DNA of 64,000 nt from Macrostomum lignano (taxonomy: Eukaryota). Position numbers and translations under genes: made by a program. The stretch is taken from positions 613,871-677,870 of the forward strand of contig NIVC01000319.1 in NCBI GenBank assembly GCA_002269645.1, in the 5' to 3' direction. This document shows positions 39,368 through 50,404 of the stretch, piece by piece; positions within the stretch are counted from its first letter, which is position 1, and every line of letters starts with the position of its first letter. The notes beneath the pieces were generated by a model. It saw only the letters and a program-made list of their open reading frames with translations. It was not told where the DNA came from and searched no databases.

Positions 39368-41390
39368 TTTCTTTTCTTCACTCCGACCTCCGACCGCCCG
39401 CAGGCGGCCGGGGCGGGGCCGGGTGGCCGCCAGGGTCGTCAATGGGCGGCTCGGTCCGACCCACCCTCTTGAGGTAGTCACAGATGAGGGCGCCGCCACC
39501 CTCGAGAACGTCGTTCCAGGAAATGACCACCCCGCCCCAGGTGCGGATGCGGGCCTGGTGGTGGCAGGGGCAGTAGAGCATAGGATGATCGACCGAGTCC
39601 GGTTCTCCGCAGTCGGCGCATCGGTCGTTCTAAGCGAGGCCGAACCGAAACAGGGTGTCGCGAGTCAGGGGGGATTTCTTAGTGCGGATTTGGCTGACCG
39701 TCACCTGGCCCCACCTGGGAAGGTCATCGTGGCCTGGCGTCGGAGTCAGGTGCGGATGCGTGCGGTCCCGCGCAGTTCTCCAATTGGACAGTACGTGGCG
39801 GACGGCATTTTTGGCGGAGGCCTGGGAAAGTTGCGCGGTGTTCGGTTCCAATTCTGCAGCTTCGCGGGCGAGGGCGTCCGCCGCCTCGTTACCAGCAATG
39901 TCCGCGTGGCCAGGAACCCATTGGAAGTGGAGCCTGGTCTGAGCTGGGAGGTCGGTGATGAGTCGCCAGATCGTGAGGACGAGCGAATTAGTAGAACGGT
40001 ACGGGCCTTGGTTGATGGCCTGAAGGCCTGATCGTGAGTCGGTACAGATGTGAACCGAGAGCCGCGGGTTGCCGATGGTGTCGAGGGTTTGACGTAGGGC
40101 TCTTATCGCTGCCTCGATGGCGACCAATTCAGCGTGGGTGCTACTGCACCACTTTCCGGCTTGCTGGCGGATGGACATGCGGAGTGCCTCGATGGATTCG
40201 GCAGTGAGGAGAGCACCTCCGCCGGCAGCAGTGCCGTCCGGGCTAACGGAGCCGTCCGTCCAGATGGTGCAGTCGGCGCTCGGTAACAGGGCCAAGGTGG
40301 CTTCTGCCGCAGCACGGCGGGCCTCCAGTGGGTCGGATCTTTTGGTCGGCCGGGCGAGATCGGTAGCGATGGTGATCGCCTGGTCGGCTAAGTGCCACGG
40401 CGGGAGAGCCGGGTAGTGCTGGCGGTCTATGTCTCCGATGTGGATACCGGCAAGGCTCAGGAGCCACAGGCCTACTCGTCTGAAGCATGGCCGGTGACTC
40501 AAGACGATGTCTTCATCGTGGAGGTCCGTGTCGACGGGCCGGTCCGCTGGGCCTTCACGCTCTTAAGCTTCGTGGCTCTGTAGCGGAGGCGAGGGCGACT
40601 TGAGCTACCATAAGGGTACGGGCCGGGTCGTCGTCCGGTAGGCCGAGCAGGCGAATGAATTCGTTTGCGGCTAAGGTTTTGGCTCGGATGCTGAGGGCTG
40701 GTAGTCCGGCCTCGGCGAGTAGGCAGCGTCGTCTCGTGATGCCCAGACAGCCGGTAATAATTCTGGCGCATTTGTTTTGCTCGGCCTCGAGTTTGAGGCG
40801 CGCCGTTGGTGCCGCATGATTGAAGTATAGTGCCGCTCCGTAGTCAAAAACCGACCGTACGTAGGCCATGTAGGCCGCACGTAGGGTGCGACGGTGGGCG
40901 CCATAGCTCTTGCCAGCGAGCACTTGGATGCATCGACGTCGGTCGGCCATTTTCTGTCGGACCATCTCAGTGTGTGGCGAAAAGGTGAGTTGATCATCCA
41001 GCTTGAGTCCTAGGAATGTCGGCGTGGGGTCATAGGCGAGGTCGTGGTTTTCAAGTCGCAGAGCGGGTCGGACTTTGCCGCCGCACTCGTAGGATCGAGG
41101 GTAAAGGTTGAGTAGGCACACTTGGAGTGGCTGAGGCTCACTTTCCATTTACGGGTCCAGGCAGCCGCTTGGTCAAGGGCGGGTTGCAGTTTGTCGGCGC
41201 AGGCAGCGAGGGAGCGTCCTGTGGCAAGTAGCGCGGTATCGTCTGCGAAAAGTGAGCGGTGTACGTTCTCGGCCATCTCGGCATCAATGTCGTAGGCATA
41301 TATAAGCCAAAGGAGGGGGCGATCACGGATCCTTGCGGGAGGCCGTCCGTGAAAACTCTCCAGTTCGAGGTCGCACTGCTGCTGCAGTTC
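39368..41390 (-). mobile_element. 5'-truncated I/Ingi-like LINE with RNase H
   Basis: GLPQGSVI, LFADD, FLGLKLD, VRSVFDYG; RNase H WTDGS, AEL.AI, TDSRS, WVPGH..GNEAAD; C..CG..H..CP; A-rich 3' end; 9-bp TSD CAGTGCTGC (39359-39367, 41391-41399). Confidence 0.9.
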
Positions 41391-43147
41391 CAGTGCTGCT
41401 GCAGCTGCTGCTCCGCATGCCCCGCCTGGCCGACCTGACGGTCGCGAGCTGCGCTTCACCGACAAGCTGGCCGGTCAGCTGGTCGCTGCAGCTGAACGAA
41501 GCGGTGGCTTCGAAAGTCTCGACTTTCGCAGCTGCCAGCAGTTGACCGAGCGCGGCCTGGCCGCCCTGCTCAGCGCCTGTCCGAGCCTGCGGCGTCTCCG
41601 CCTGTCCGACTGCCGGGCCTTAGGCGGCGTTGGCTACCGCCTGGCTGCTGCCCGCCTGCCGCCCGGCCTCGAGCAGCTGCGGCTCACAGGTTGGGCCTGG
41701 CCTGGCCTGGTCGAGGCGGACCTGGCGCTGCCGCTGCCGAGAGGACTCCGCGAGCTGGAGCTGCTGCTCAACCAGCAGGGCTCGCCCGCCGGCCTCTGCG
41801 GGCTGGGGCTGCGAGCTGGCCTGGCCGGCTGCCAGGGTAAGAGGCTAATCTGATTAAGCAGCACCTGAGGCGCAGGTGGATTTCAGAGACAAGGAAACAA
41901 GTCTGATTCACCCACCCACCAACCGCCAGAGCTGACCAAGCTGACGCTGGACTTGTGCCACAGCGACCTGCTGCCGGCTCTGCTGACCCAGCTGCCCCGC
42001 CTGCGCTGTCTTCGCCTCACTGACTGCCGCCGTCTGACCCGCCAGGCCTGGGGTCTCACCGCCTCCTCGCCTGACCTGCACGAACTAATGCTGCTGCAGT
42101 GGTCCAGCCTCACTGATGAGGCGGTGGCCGACCTATGCGCCAGTCCGGTCGCCAGGGGCCTGCGACGTCTGTGCCTGTCGCCCTGCTTTCAGCTGACTCG
42201 CGCCTCTCTCGCCAGCATCGCCAGCAGCTGCCCATGGCTGACCCGCCTGACCCTCAACGGCTGCCGTCGAATTTCCCAAGCGGATCTGCAGTTGGCGCAG
42301 CCGGCATTCGAGCAGCGGGTTGAGCTCATCATCGGCAGAGAGGCGGAAGCGGCTGCCCAGAAGCTGCAGTTTTTATCCGATACGGAACTCGATTGAGGAT
42401 TGGGAGAGAAGGCCTGCCGCCAACCCGAGTTTGAGCACGCATTTTATAAAAATACACTTCGCAAATACTTAGCAATGGTGTTTGATCGCTCTGCGCAACA
42501 CATTTTTGCAAGCTCTTTCTAATTCGCGTTTCTTATTTACAAACCTCACTACTGACAGTAGAACTGAGGCGAGAAAATATCTATCCAAGATTCAACACTA
42601 TCGCTTTGCTCTCTGGAGCTTCAGGTCCTCAGAACTCTTGTAGGCGAGCTGAAAATTACAGAGCAGAGAGGGCAAAGTGCAAGGTTGGCAAATGCATTTG
42701 ATCCATGATAACTCGCATGATAACTCTGAACACTGTCCGCAGCCTTGAGACCGTTCGAAGGTCCTGTTTGACATCCGCCCAAACGATGGCGCCAATGGAA
42801 GCGACCGGTTGCGACGGTCCGAGACGGAAGTCTCGTCGACTTGGATCCAGAACCCGCTGTGAGTGAGCCAGAAATTCAGCTGTCTGATCTGATTGATGTG
42901 CTGACAAGTGCAGGAAACGGCGATGCTGGTTCGAGATTTTAGTTGACGGGGGTACTGAGCGATTTCTAGACCTTAAAAAAGCTTGTCAATTTTTTGAGAA
43001 AAATCGTGCCGCACACGAATCGTGGATTGGGCCCGTCGCGAACCTATGACCGAATTTTTATTCGATTATAAGCATCGACCCCGATTAGGTAGATCTGCGG
43101 ACTGCCCCTACAACTGACTGCACCTTCCTTCAGCCTATCCTGAACAG

Positions 43148-43755
43148 TTCCTCGGCAGTCCCGAAAATCCCCTCGTCGAGGCCGGACTGCCCGATCGAGC
43201 AACTTGCTGTTGAGCTGCTCACGCAGATCCTGTCCGAGCTGGACCAGACCAGCCTCGGCCGGTGCGCTCAGCTGAGCAGGCGCTGGCATTCAGCGTCCAT
43301 ACGAAGCTACATCGGACCAGACTGGCCCCCTCATCCACCGACTGTCCGTGTGGCTGTCCGGAAACCTGGTGGAGCTGCACGCCAGCCGTTTGGCAGCTTT
43401 TGACTTTGTGGCCCTGCTGAGCTCCTCGCCCAAGCTGGAAAGCGTCAATTTAACATCGGTCAATCCAGCCTTTTGTGTGGAGAACCCATTGAAGACCTGG
43501 GCCGCTGTTGTCTCGCCCCGCTTGCAGAGCCTCCGCCTGATCAAGTCTCAGTCGCTGCTCTCTGATCACTCGCTTGAGAAGCTTCAGACCGGCTGTCCGC
43601 GCCTGTGGCAGCTGCAGCTGGGCTTCTACTTCCTGCCAAAATTGTTTTCCATGGAGCGCATCGCCGCCCTGGTCGGCGGCCTGAGTTGTCTCAGTCTGCG
43701 CTTGAACTTTCCATTGCGTGCCTGGAGCGTTTTCAGCCGCTTAGGCCCAGCCTGA
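43148..43755 (+). pseudogene. F-box/LRR unit B: orphan first exon, frameshifted after the F-box
   Basis: 76-nt F-box core at 43212 identical to A, E, F; LRRs resume in another frame; stop at 43753; no later exons. Confidence 0.8.
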
Positions 43756-43825
43756 GCGTTGCTACTCAGTGTCACAAGGACAAAAGTAGTGAGCAGTTCC
43801 TTTTCCGCATGTTTCATTTCACACC

Positions 43826-43900
43826 CGGGGGTTGGGCCGCAGACCAGTGGTCCGTCGCGGCGCTCTGATAGGCCAGCGGCCCAGGCTCGATTCCAAGTGC
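43826..43900 (+). mobile_element. Possible tRNA-derived SINE head
   Basis: A-box-like accagtgg and B-box-like ggctcgattcc (43884-43894); extent unknown. Confidence 0.3.
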
Positions 43901-44526
43901 AGTTACTTTAACCTAAATTGTAAACTCGGCTTAGCTCTGCTCATACAATTAACTTCCTTGAAGGCCACCCCCCAATGCCACAGTGAAGTGTACATGCCTA
44001 ACCATAAATAAAGTTAGTTAGGGCCGCTGTACACTCCTGTGTGAGTTTGTGCCTGTGCGTATGGCTGCGTACGTAATCCTTGCACTTGTGTGCCTGCTCA
44101 GGGGAGTCGTCGGAATGGGCAGCAATGCCTCTCGTCGGTTCTGTGACAATGTCGCTTAAAGTGTGCCAGGCTGCACACAACCCCCATTGCCTCTAATTAA
44201 AAAATGCTCCCACACATCTATCGGACTTTTTAAAAGTGCAGCTGGTGGTTTGTCCGTCAAGAGAGCTACTGAATGCAGCCGCAATCCCAGCCATTACCCA
44301 AGGGACGAAATAGAGGGGAATGCGAGCGAGTGGGGCATGCACCGTGACCCCAATCCCAGTCTATCCCTGTACAGCAGGCACACTGCACCGGGCTGATAGG
44401 GTCCCACAAGGGAAACCAATGCTAGTCCAGGCTATTGGTGCTTTTCAGAGTCAAAAATGAACAGGTTGAACAGGTCGGCTGCAAACTCTGATCTCTATTG
44501 CAGCAGTTTTACTGACTGAAAGCTCC

Positions 44527-47290
44527 ATGCTTCATCATCATCAACATGAGCAGCAGCAGCAGGATGTCAGCCAGGTGTCCTTGCAACAAAACAACTCCAT
44601 GAGCCTCCAGCCGCCACCTGCCGCAGGCTCCTGCGTAAGTCCCCAGCTCCCCAGCCAAGATGCTTCCGAATTAACGATGCACATCTTGCAACTTTCATTC
44701 GCTACAGAGCCTCATCAGCAATATCGAGCAGCTGCCAACAGAGCTGCTCACGCAGATCCTGTCCGAGCTGGACCAGACAAGCCTCGGTCGGTGCGCTCAG
44801 CTGAGCAGGTTCTGGCTGGAGCTCACCTCTCAGCCGCAGCTGTGGCGCAAAATCCGCATTGACAGCCGCACCGCGGATCCCGAGCTGGCGCAGCGCATCG
44901 GCGACTGGCCGGGTGGCCGCGTGCGCGAGATCTCGGCGGTCAGGCTGACAGCTGAGCACCGGCTGCCCCTGCTGCTGGCCGCATCCGCCAGTCTGACCAG
45001 CCTCAGCCTAAAGGAGATGCAGGGCGACCTCGTATTGAAGGAGGCCGGCCGCAGCTGCCAAAATCTGCGCGAGCTGCGTCTCGAATGCTGCAATGAGATG
45101 CTGTCCTTCGACTCGGTGAGCGGCCTGCTGACCAGCTGTCCGAGCCTCTCGCTGCTGCAGTACACTGGCAGCCTGTCCGATCTGTTCGCACCGTCTGACG
45201 AGCACCGGGTGGCCCCTCTGTTCCACTCGCTGGTGAGCCGACTCTCCAGTCTCAAACTGCACCTGCTGATGACGGAGAGCCTGCCGCCGCAGTGGTTCGC
45301 TGCTCTGCCCGAGTGCCCCCGGCTCGCCAGCCTCTACGTGAGCATTGCGGACTGGAGAGGTGAGCACCTGATCTCTACCTGTCCGGAGTCGGACAGGTTT
45401 GACTTCAGCGATCTCTGCCTGTCCGGAGTCGGACAGGTTTGACTTCAGCGATCTCTGCCTGTCCGGAGTCGGACAGGTTTGACTTCAGCGATCTCTGCCT
45501 GTCCAGAGTCGGACAGGTTTGACTTCAGTGATCTCTGCCTGTCCGGAGTCGGACAGGTTTGACTTCAGCGATCTCTGCCTGTCCGGAGTCGGACAGGTTT
45601 GACTTCAGCGATCTCTGCCTGTCCAGAGTCGGACAGGTTTGACTTCAGCGATCTCTGCCTGTCCAGAGTCGGACAGGTTTGACTTCAGCGATCTCTGCCT
45701 GTCCGGAGTCGGACAGGTTTGACTTCAGCGATCTCTGCCTGTCCGGAGTCGGACAGGTTTGACTTCAGCGATCTCTGCCTGTCCAGAGTCGGACAGGTTT
45801 GACTTCAGCGATCTCTGCCTGTCCGGAGTCGGACAGGTTTGACTTCAGCGATCTCTGCCTGTCCAGAGTCGGACAGGTTTGACTTCAGCGATCTCTGCCT
45901 GTCCAGAGTCGGACAGGTTTGACTTCAGCGATCTCTGCCTGTCCGGAGTCGGACAGGTTTGACTTCAGCCTGACTGACAGATACTCAATGATCATCCCTT
46001 TCAAATGACTGCTTTTCAGGCCTGGCTCACCTGCCCAGTAAAATGCCGAACCTGACCGACCTGTCCGTTCTTACCTCTCAACCTGCATCTCAGGCAAACC
46101 TGCAGCTGGGCAGGCTGCCTCATCTTCAGCGAGTGAAGATCTGCGACTTCTCCTTTCAGTCGTGGAGCTTGGATGCCATCCTGTCGGTGCTGCGAGGCGT
46201 CCGCGAGCTTTGGAGCTTCATGTTGGATGGCTGCGTGCACCTGACCGGCCAGCAGTACCGGCAGGTGGTGCGGGCCCTGCCAGCCCGCCTCACAGACCTT
46301 CGCTTTGGTGGCTGCTTCAGAAACAGAGTCGCTGAGGTCGACCTGCAGGAGCCGCTGCCACCTGGCCTGAGGCGGTTGCAAGTTGATGGATTCAAATGGG
46401 GAACGTCTGGAGTGCAGTTTGCTAGTGCTCTGGCCAGCTGCTCAGGTGAGCGGGTCTGTTGCTGGTGTGGGCTGGTGGCTGCTCAGGTGAGCGGGTCTGT
46501 TGCTGGTGTGGGCTGGTGGCTGCTCAGGTGAGCGGGTCTGTTGCTGGTGTGGGCTGGTGGCTGCTCAGGTGAGCGGGTCTGTTGCTGGTGTGGGCTGGTG
46601 GCTGCTCAGGTGAGCGGGTCTGTTGCTGGTGTGGGCTGGTGGCTGCTCAGGTGAGCGGGTCTGTTGCTGGTGTGGGCTGGTGGCTGCTCAGGTGAGCGGG
46701 TCTGTTGCTGGTGTGGGCTGGTGGCTGCTCAGGTGAGCGGGTCTGTTGCTGGTGTGGGCTGGTGGCTGCTCAGGTGAGCGGGTCTGTTGCTGGTGTGGGC
46801 TGGTGGCTGCTCAGGTGAGCATTCAGACCACTGCACAGAGGCGATCGGGTCAATGTCGAGTTGCTAACGCTACAAGCGTAACACGAGTTTATTGTAACAA
46901 ATTTTCATATCAGGCCTGACGCACCTGGCTTTGGCGGTCTGCAGCGACGACCTGCTGCCGGCTCTGCTCGCCCAGCTGCCCCGCCTGCGCTGCCTCTACA
47001 TCCACGACTGCAGCCGCCTGACCCGTCAGGCCTGGGTGAACCTGCTAAACTTGTGGAGCCTCGCAGTTTCCCTGCCTGACCTGCAGGAGTTTTCCGCTGT
47101 CAACTGCAGCGAGTCCAGCCTCACTGATGAGGCGGTGGCCAACCTGTGCGCCAGTCCGGTTGCCAGGGGCCTGCGGCGGCTCCACCTGTCTCAGTGCCGC
47201 CAGCTGACCGCCGCTGCACTCGCCAGCATCGCCAGCGGCTGCCCCTGGCTGACCCAGGCGATAAGGCAGCAGCCTTTGAGTCCTCAATAG
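44527..47290 (+). CDS. F-box/LRR (FBXL-like) unit C, open frame, ~520 aa; exons 44527-44634, 44708-45359, 46020-46445, 46914-47290
   Basis: Canonical GT-AG sites, phases 0/1/1, 1563 nt in frame; His/Gln-rich leader exon; C-terminus shorter than paralogs. Confidence 0.8.
45372..45969. repeat. 40-bp palindromic minisatellite, ~15 copies, unit C intron
   Basis: Each unit has the stem CCTGTCCG-gagt-CGGACAGG (some copies ccag); no spacers. Confidence 0.95.
46441..46820. repeat. 41-bp array that repeats the exon-end donor CTCAG|GTGAG, ~9 copies
   Basis: Unit ctcaggtgagcgggtctgttgctggtgtgggctggtggctg. Confidence 0.95.
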
Positions 47291-47690
47291 TACGAGCGTA
47301 CGTGTATTTTTAGCATAAAGCCGGCCTTCAAATGTTTTCTAAGAAACAGATTTTCTCATCAATCAAATTCAGTTGTTCATTGTGCATATCAAGAAATACA
47401 CAAAATAAACTCTTATGTTGTGATTTTTTATACGCTAGTAATGTTACTGATGAATGTCTCAAGATAAGTAGGCAGATGTGTCCTCTAGCTGTTTATTGAA
47501 TTGAAAGGTCATTTTTCTCCATCATTACTTCATCATTACTCCATCATGTGACAGACGCGCAGCCTTTGAGAACAGAGTATGAGACCTTTTTTAATGAATT
47601 CATAGACTGAGTGATCCAGATAGAAAAAATGACACAGCATATACTGCTTGAAGTATGCCGCCTGCAACGCAAACTTCAGATCAGCTCTGC

Positions 47691-50118
47691 ATGGAACAGC
47701 TGCCAGAGGAGCTGCTCACGCAGATCCTGTCCGAGCTGGACCAGACCAGCCTCGGATTGTGCGCTCAGCTGAGCAGGCGCTGGCGGCGGCTCGCCACGCA
47801 GCCGCGGCTGTGGCGCAAAATCCGCATTGACGGCCGCACCGCAGATGCCGAGCTGATGGAGCGGCTCAGAGACTGGCTGGGCGGCAGCGTGCGGGAGATC
47901 TCGGCCTGCGGGCTGACAGCGGAGCAGCGGCTGCCACTGCTGCTGGCCGCATCCGCCAGCCTCACCTGCCTCAGTTTGAAGGACATTGGCAGCGAATTTC
48001 TGGTGACGGAGGCCGGGCGTAGCTGCCCCAGTCTGCGGGAGCTGCGCCTCGAAGACTCCGGTAAGTTGCTCTCGTCGAGTCGCTGAGCAGCCTGCTGGAC
48101 GGCTGCCCGCGCCTCTCGCTGCTGGAAGCCACTGGCGAGTTGTTCGGAGGCCTTCAGAGCGAGCAGCTGCAGCAGAAGTTCCACCAGCTGGCCGCCCGCC
48201 TCACCCGCCTTTCCCTCGACTGCCCCCGGGCCGCTGAAGTCATCCGCAACCTGCCGGAGTGCCCGCGTCTTGAAAGTCTTTGCTTTCTGCACTACCGAGA
48301 CTGGCTTGGTGAGTTGCTGCTGAGTTGCTGGGCATTTTTTAGTAAAATGTCTTTGATTTATAAGGGGCCCGCTGAAAATGTTACCGTGACAAGAATCGCT
48401 AGAGTGATTGCAAACTACTCACTAGTGACTCTGGGGTGAGTCTTGTGACTTTTTAAGGACTCAGACGACTGAAACGCGACAGGAGAGGCGGCTGTTGAGT
48501 CACGAACGCATCACGTGAGTTGCAGAATTGCAAGAGTCTCGACAAAGTCTTTCAAGAGTCATTGTGTTCTACAAGTCAAGTAGACTAAATGCGTTGCTTT
48601 ACATGCAAATTCGAAATGCGATTCTAGTTGACGCAGATGCGTTTTAGACGCAACTCAGTGATTCTAAAGCGACTCAAGCGCGCCCCAGATACAATTCTAC
48701 GTCGCCAGAAGTCATTACAGAAGCGCCCCAGAGTCACTATAGAAGCGCCCCAGAGTCACTATAGAAGCGCCCCTGAGTCACTATAGAAGCGCCCCAGAGT
48801 CACTATAGAAGCGCCCCAGAGTCACTACAGAAGCGCCCCAGAGTCACTATAGAAGCGCCCCAGAGTCACTATAGAAGCGCCCCAGAGTCACTATAGAAGC
48901 GCCCCAGAGTCACTACAGAAGCGCCCCAGAGTCACTATAGAAGCGCCCCAGAGTCACTTTAGAAGCGCCCCAGAGTCACTATAGAAGCACCCCAGAGTCA
49001 CTATAGAAGCGCCCCAGAAGCGCCCCAGAGTCACTACAGAAGCGCCCCAGAAGCGCCCCAGAGTCGCAGACAATAAGACGCCTCAAATTAGCTCCTAAGC
49101 GACTCTTTGGCGACTTGTACCGTGAGATCTCGTCACTTTGGAGTAGTCTAGAGTCACTCCTTTGTTACGACTTTGAAACGGTTCCAGTGCTCAAGTTGAC
49201 ATCCCCTATTATTACCGCCGCACTTCCCAGAGCTGCTCCAGCTGCTTCCCAGGCTGCCCTGCCTGAAGGACTTGACAGCCAGTTTTAAGCCTTCAAAGCT
49301 GACAGACTTGCCCAGAGACCTCCAGCTGCCAGCGCTGCCTCACCTGCGGCAACTCCGCCTCATGAGCATGAGCAGGCAGTACCACGACTTCGCCATCGCA
49401 CTGCTACTTCCTCGCCTTCAGCACCTGCAGGTCTTCAGCTTGCACTGCTGGTGGTCGGCATCTGGCGAGGACTACAAGAGAGTCCTGCGGGCGCTGCCTG
49501 CCGGCCTCGGCCACCTCAGCCTGCGGGGCTACGGCCTGGCCGCCATGAGCGAGGCCGACCTGAGCGAGGCTTCCGGCGGGCCTGCAGTGTCTGCAGCTGG
49601 AGGGACCCGGCTTCACGCTGTCTGGGCTGCGGCTGATGGACGGGTTAGTCGGATGCTCTGGTGAGCTGACTCACCTGGAGCTGGACTTCTGTCACGATGA
49701 CCTTCTACTAGCTCTGCTGTCCCGACTGCCCCGCCTGCGCTGCCTCCGCCTCAACGATTGCATCCGCCTGACCCGCCAGGCCTGGGCGAACCTGCGGGAC
49801 CTGCAGAGCCTCGACGCCTCCCTGATGGCGGACCTGCACGAGCTCACGGCTTACAATTGCAGCGAGTCCAGCCTCACCGATGAGGCGGTGGCCAACCTGT
49901 GCGCCAGTCCGGTTGCCAGGGGCCTGCGGCGACTCGGCCTGTCAGTGTGCATCAGCCTGACCTCATCTGCACTGTGCAGCATCGCCAGTGGCTGCCCGTG
50001 GCTGACCCAGCTGACCCTGATCGGCCCCCGCCTCTGTATTGATGAATCTCATCTTGTTCAGTTTCGCGCTGCCTTCCAGCATTCTGTTGATGCGGAGTTG
50101 CGAATTCGCTGTACGTGA
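47691..50118 (+). pseudogene. F-box/LRR unit D; exons 47691-48308 and 49231-50118 (last intron lost); frameshifts near 48075 and 49570
   Basis: F-box MEQLPEELL; homologous sequence continues in shifted frames; GCSGELTHLEL runs through the usual intron position. Confidence 0.8.
48720..49065. repeat. 22-bp minisatellite GAAGCGCCCCAGAGTCACTATA
   Basis: Read directly; intron 1 of unit D. Confidence 0.95.
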
Positions 50119-50404
50119 CGAACTCTCGCTTGTTAATTTTTACTTGACTATGCGGCTACTTGATTACTTGACTTCACTATACTTGGCTCTAGCCGCATGC
50201 CATCCTCTCCTGCACAACATCCGTTTCTTTTATGGCGATATTTTTCGAGCTGTGTGGAGATTTTACGATTCAAATCTTTGCTTGTCTACTTTCTCAGTAG
50301 TCTAAATTGAATCTCGCAAGCGGTTTTCGTTTCGTCGCTCGATTTATAATCTCACGTCTTGTCGAAGACAGTCAGTAATCAATAGATTTTCAAGATTTTC
50401 AAGT

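Larger units (their letters stand above)
37843..42396 (+). pseudogene. F-box/LRR unit A; exons ~37843-38572, 39362(or 41394)-41836, 41930-42396; LINE insertion plus 1-nt frameshift near 41452
   Basis: F-box WLPDELLTQILSELD..LGRCAQLSRRW; cysteine-containing LRRs; phase-1 junctions; start codon uncertain. Confidence 0.8.

Noticed and set aside
45372-45969. CRISPR array (palindromic 40-bp repeats)
   Set aside because: No unique spacers, no cas genes, lies in a spliceosomal intron
48365-49185. TIR element around the 22-bp array
   Set aside because: Inverted similarity of the flanks is patchy and no TSD was found
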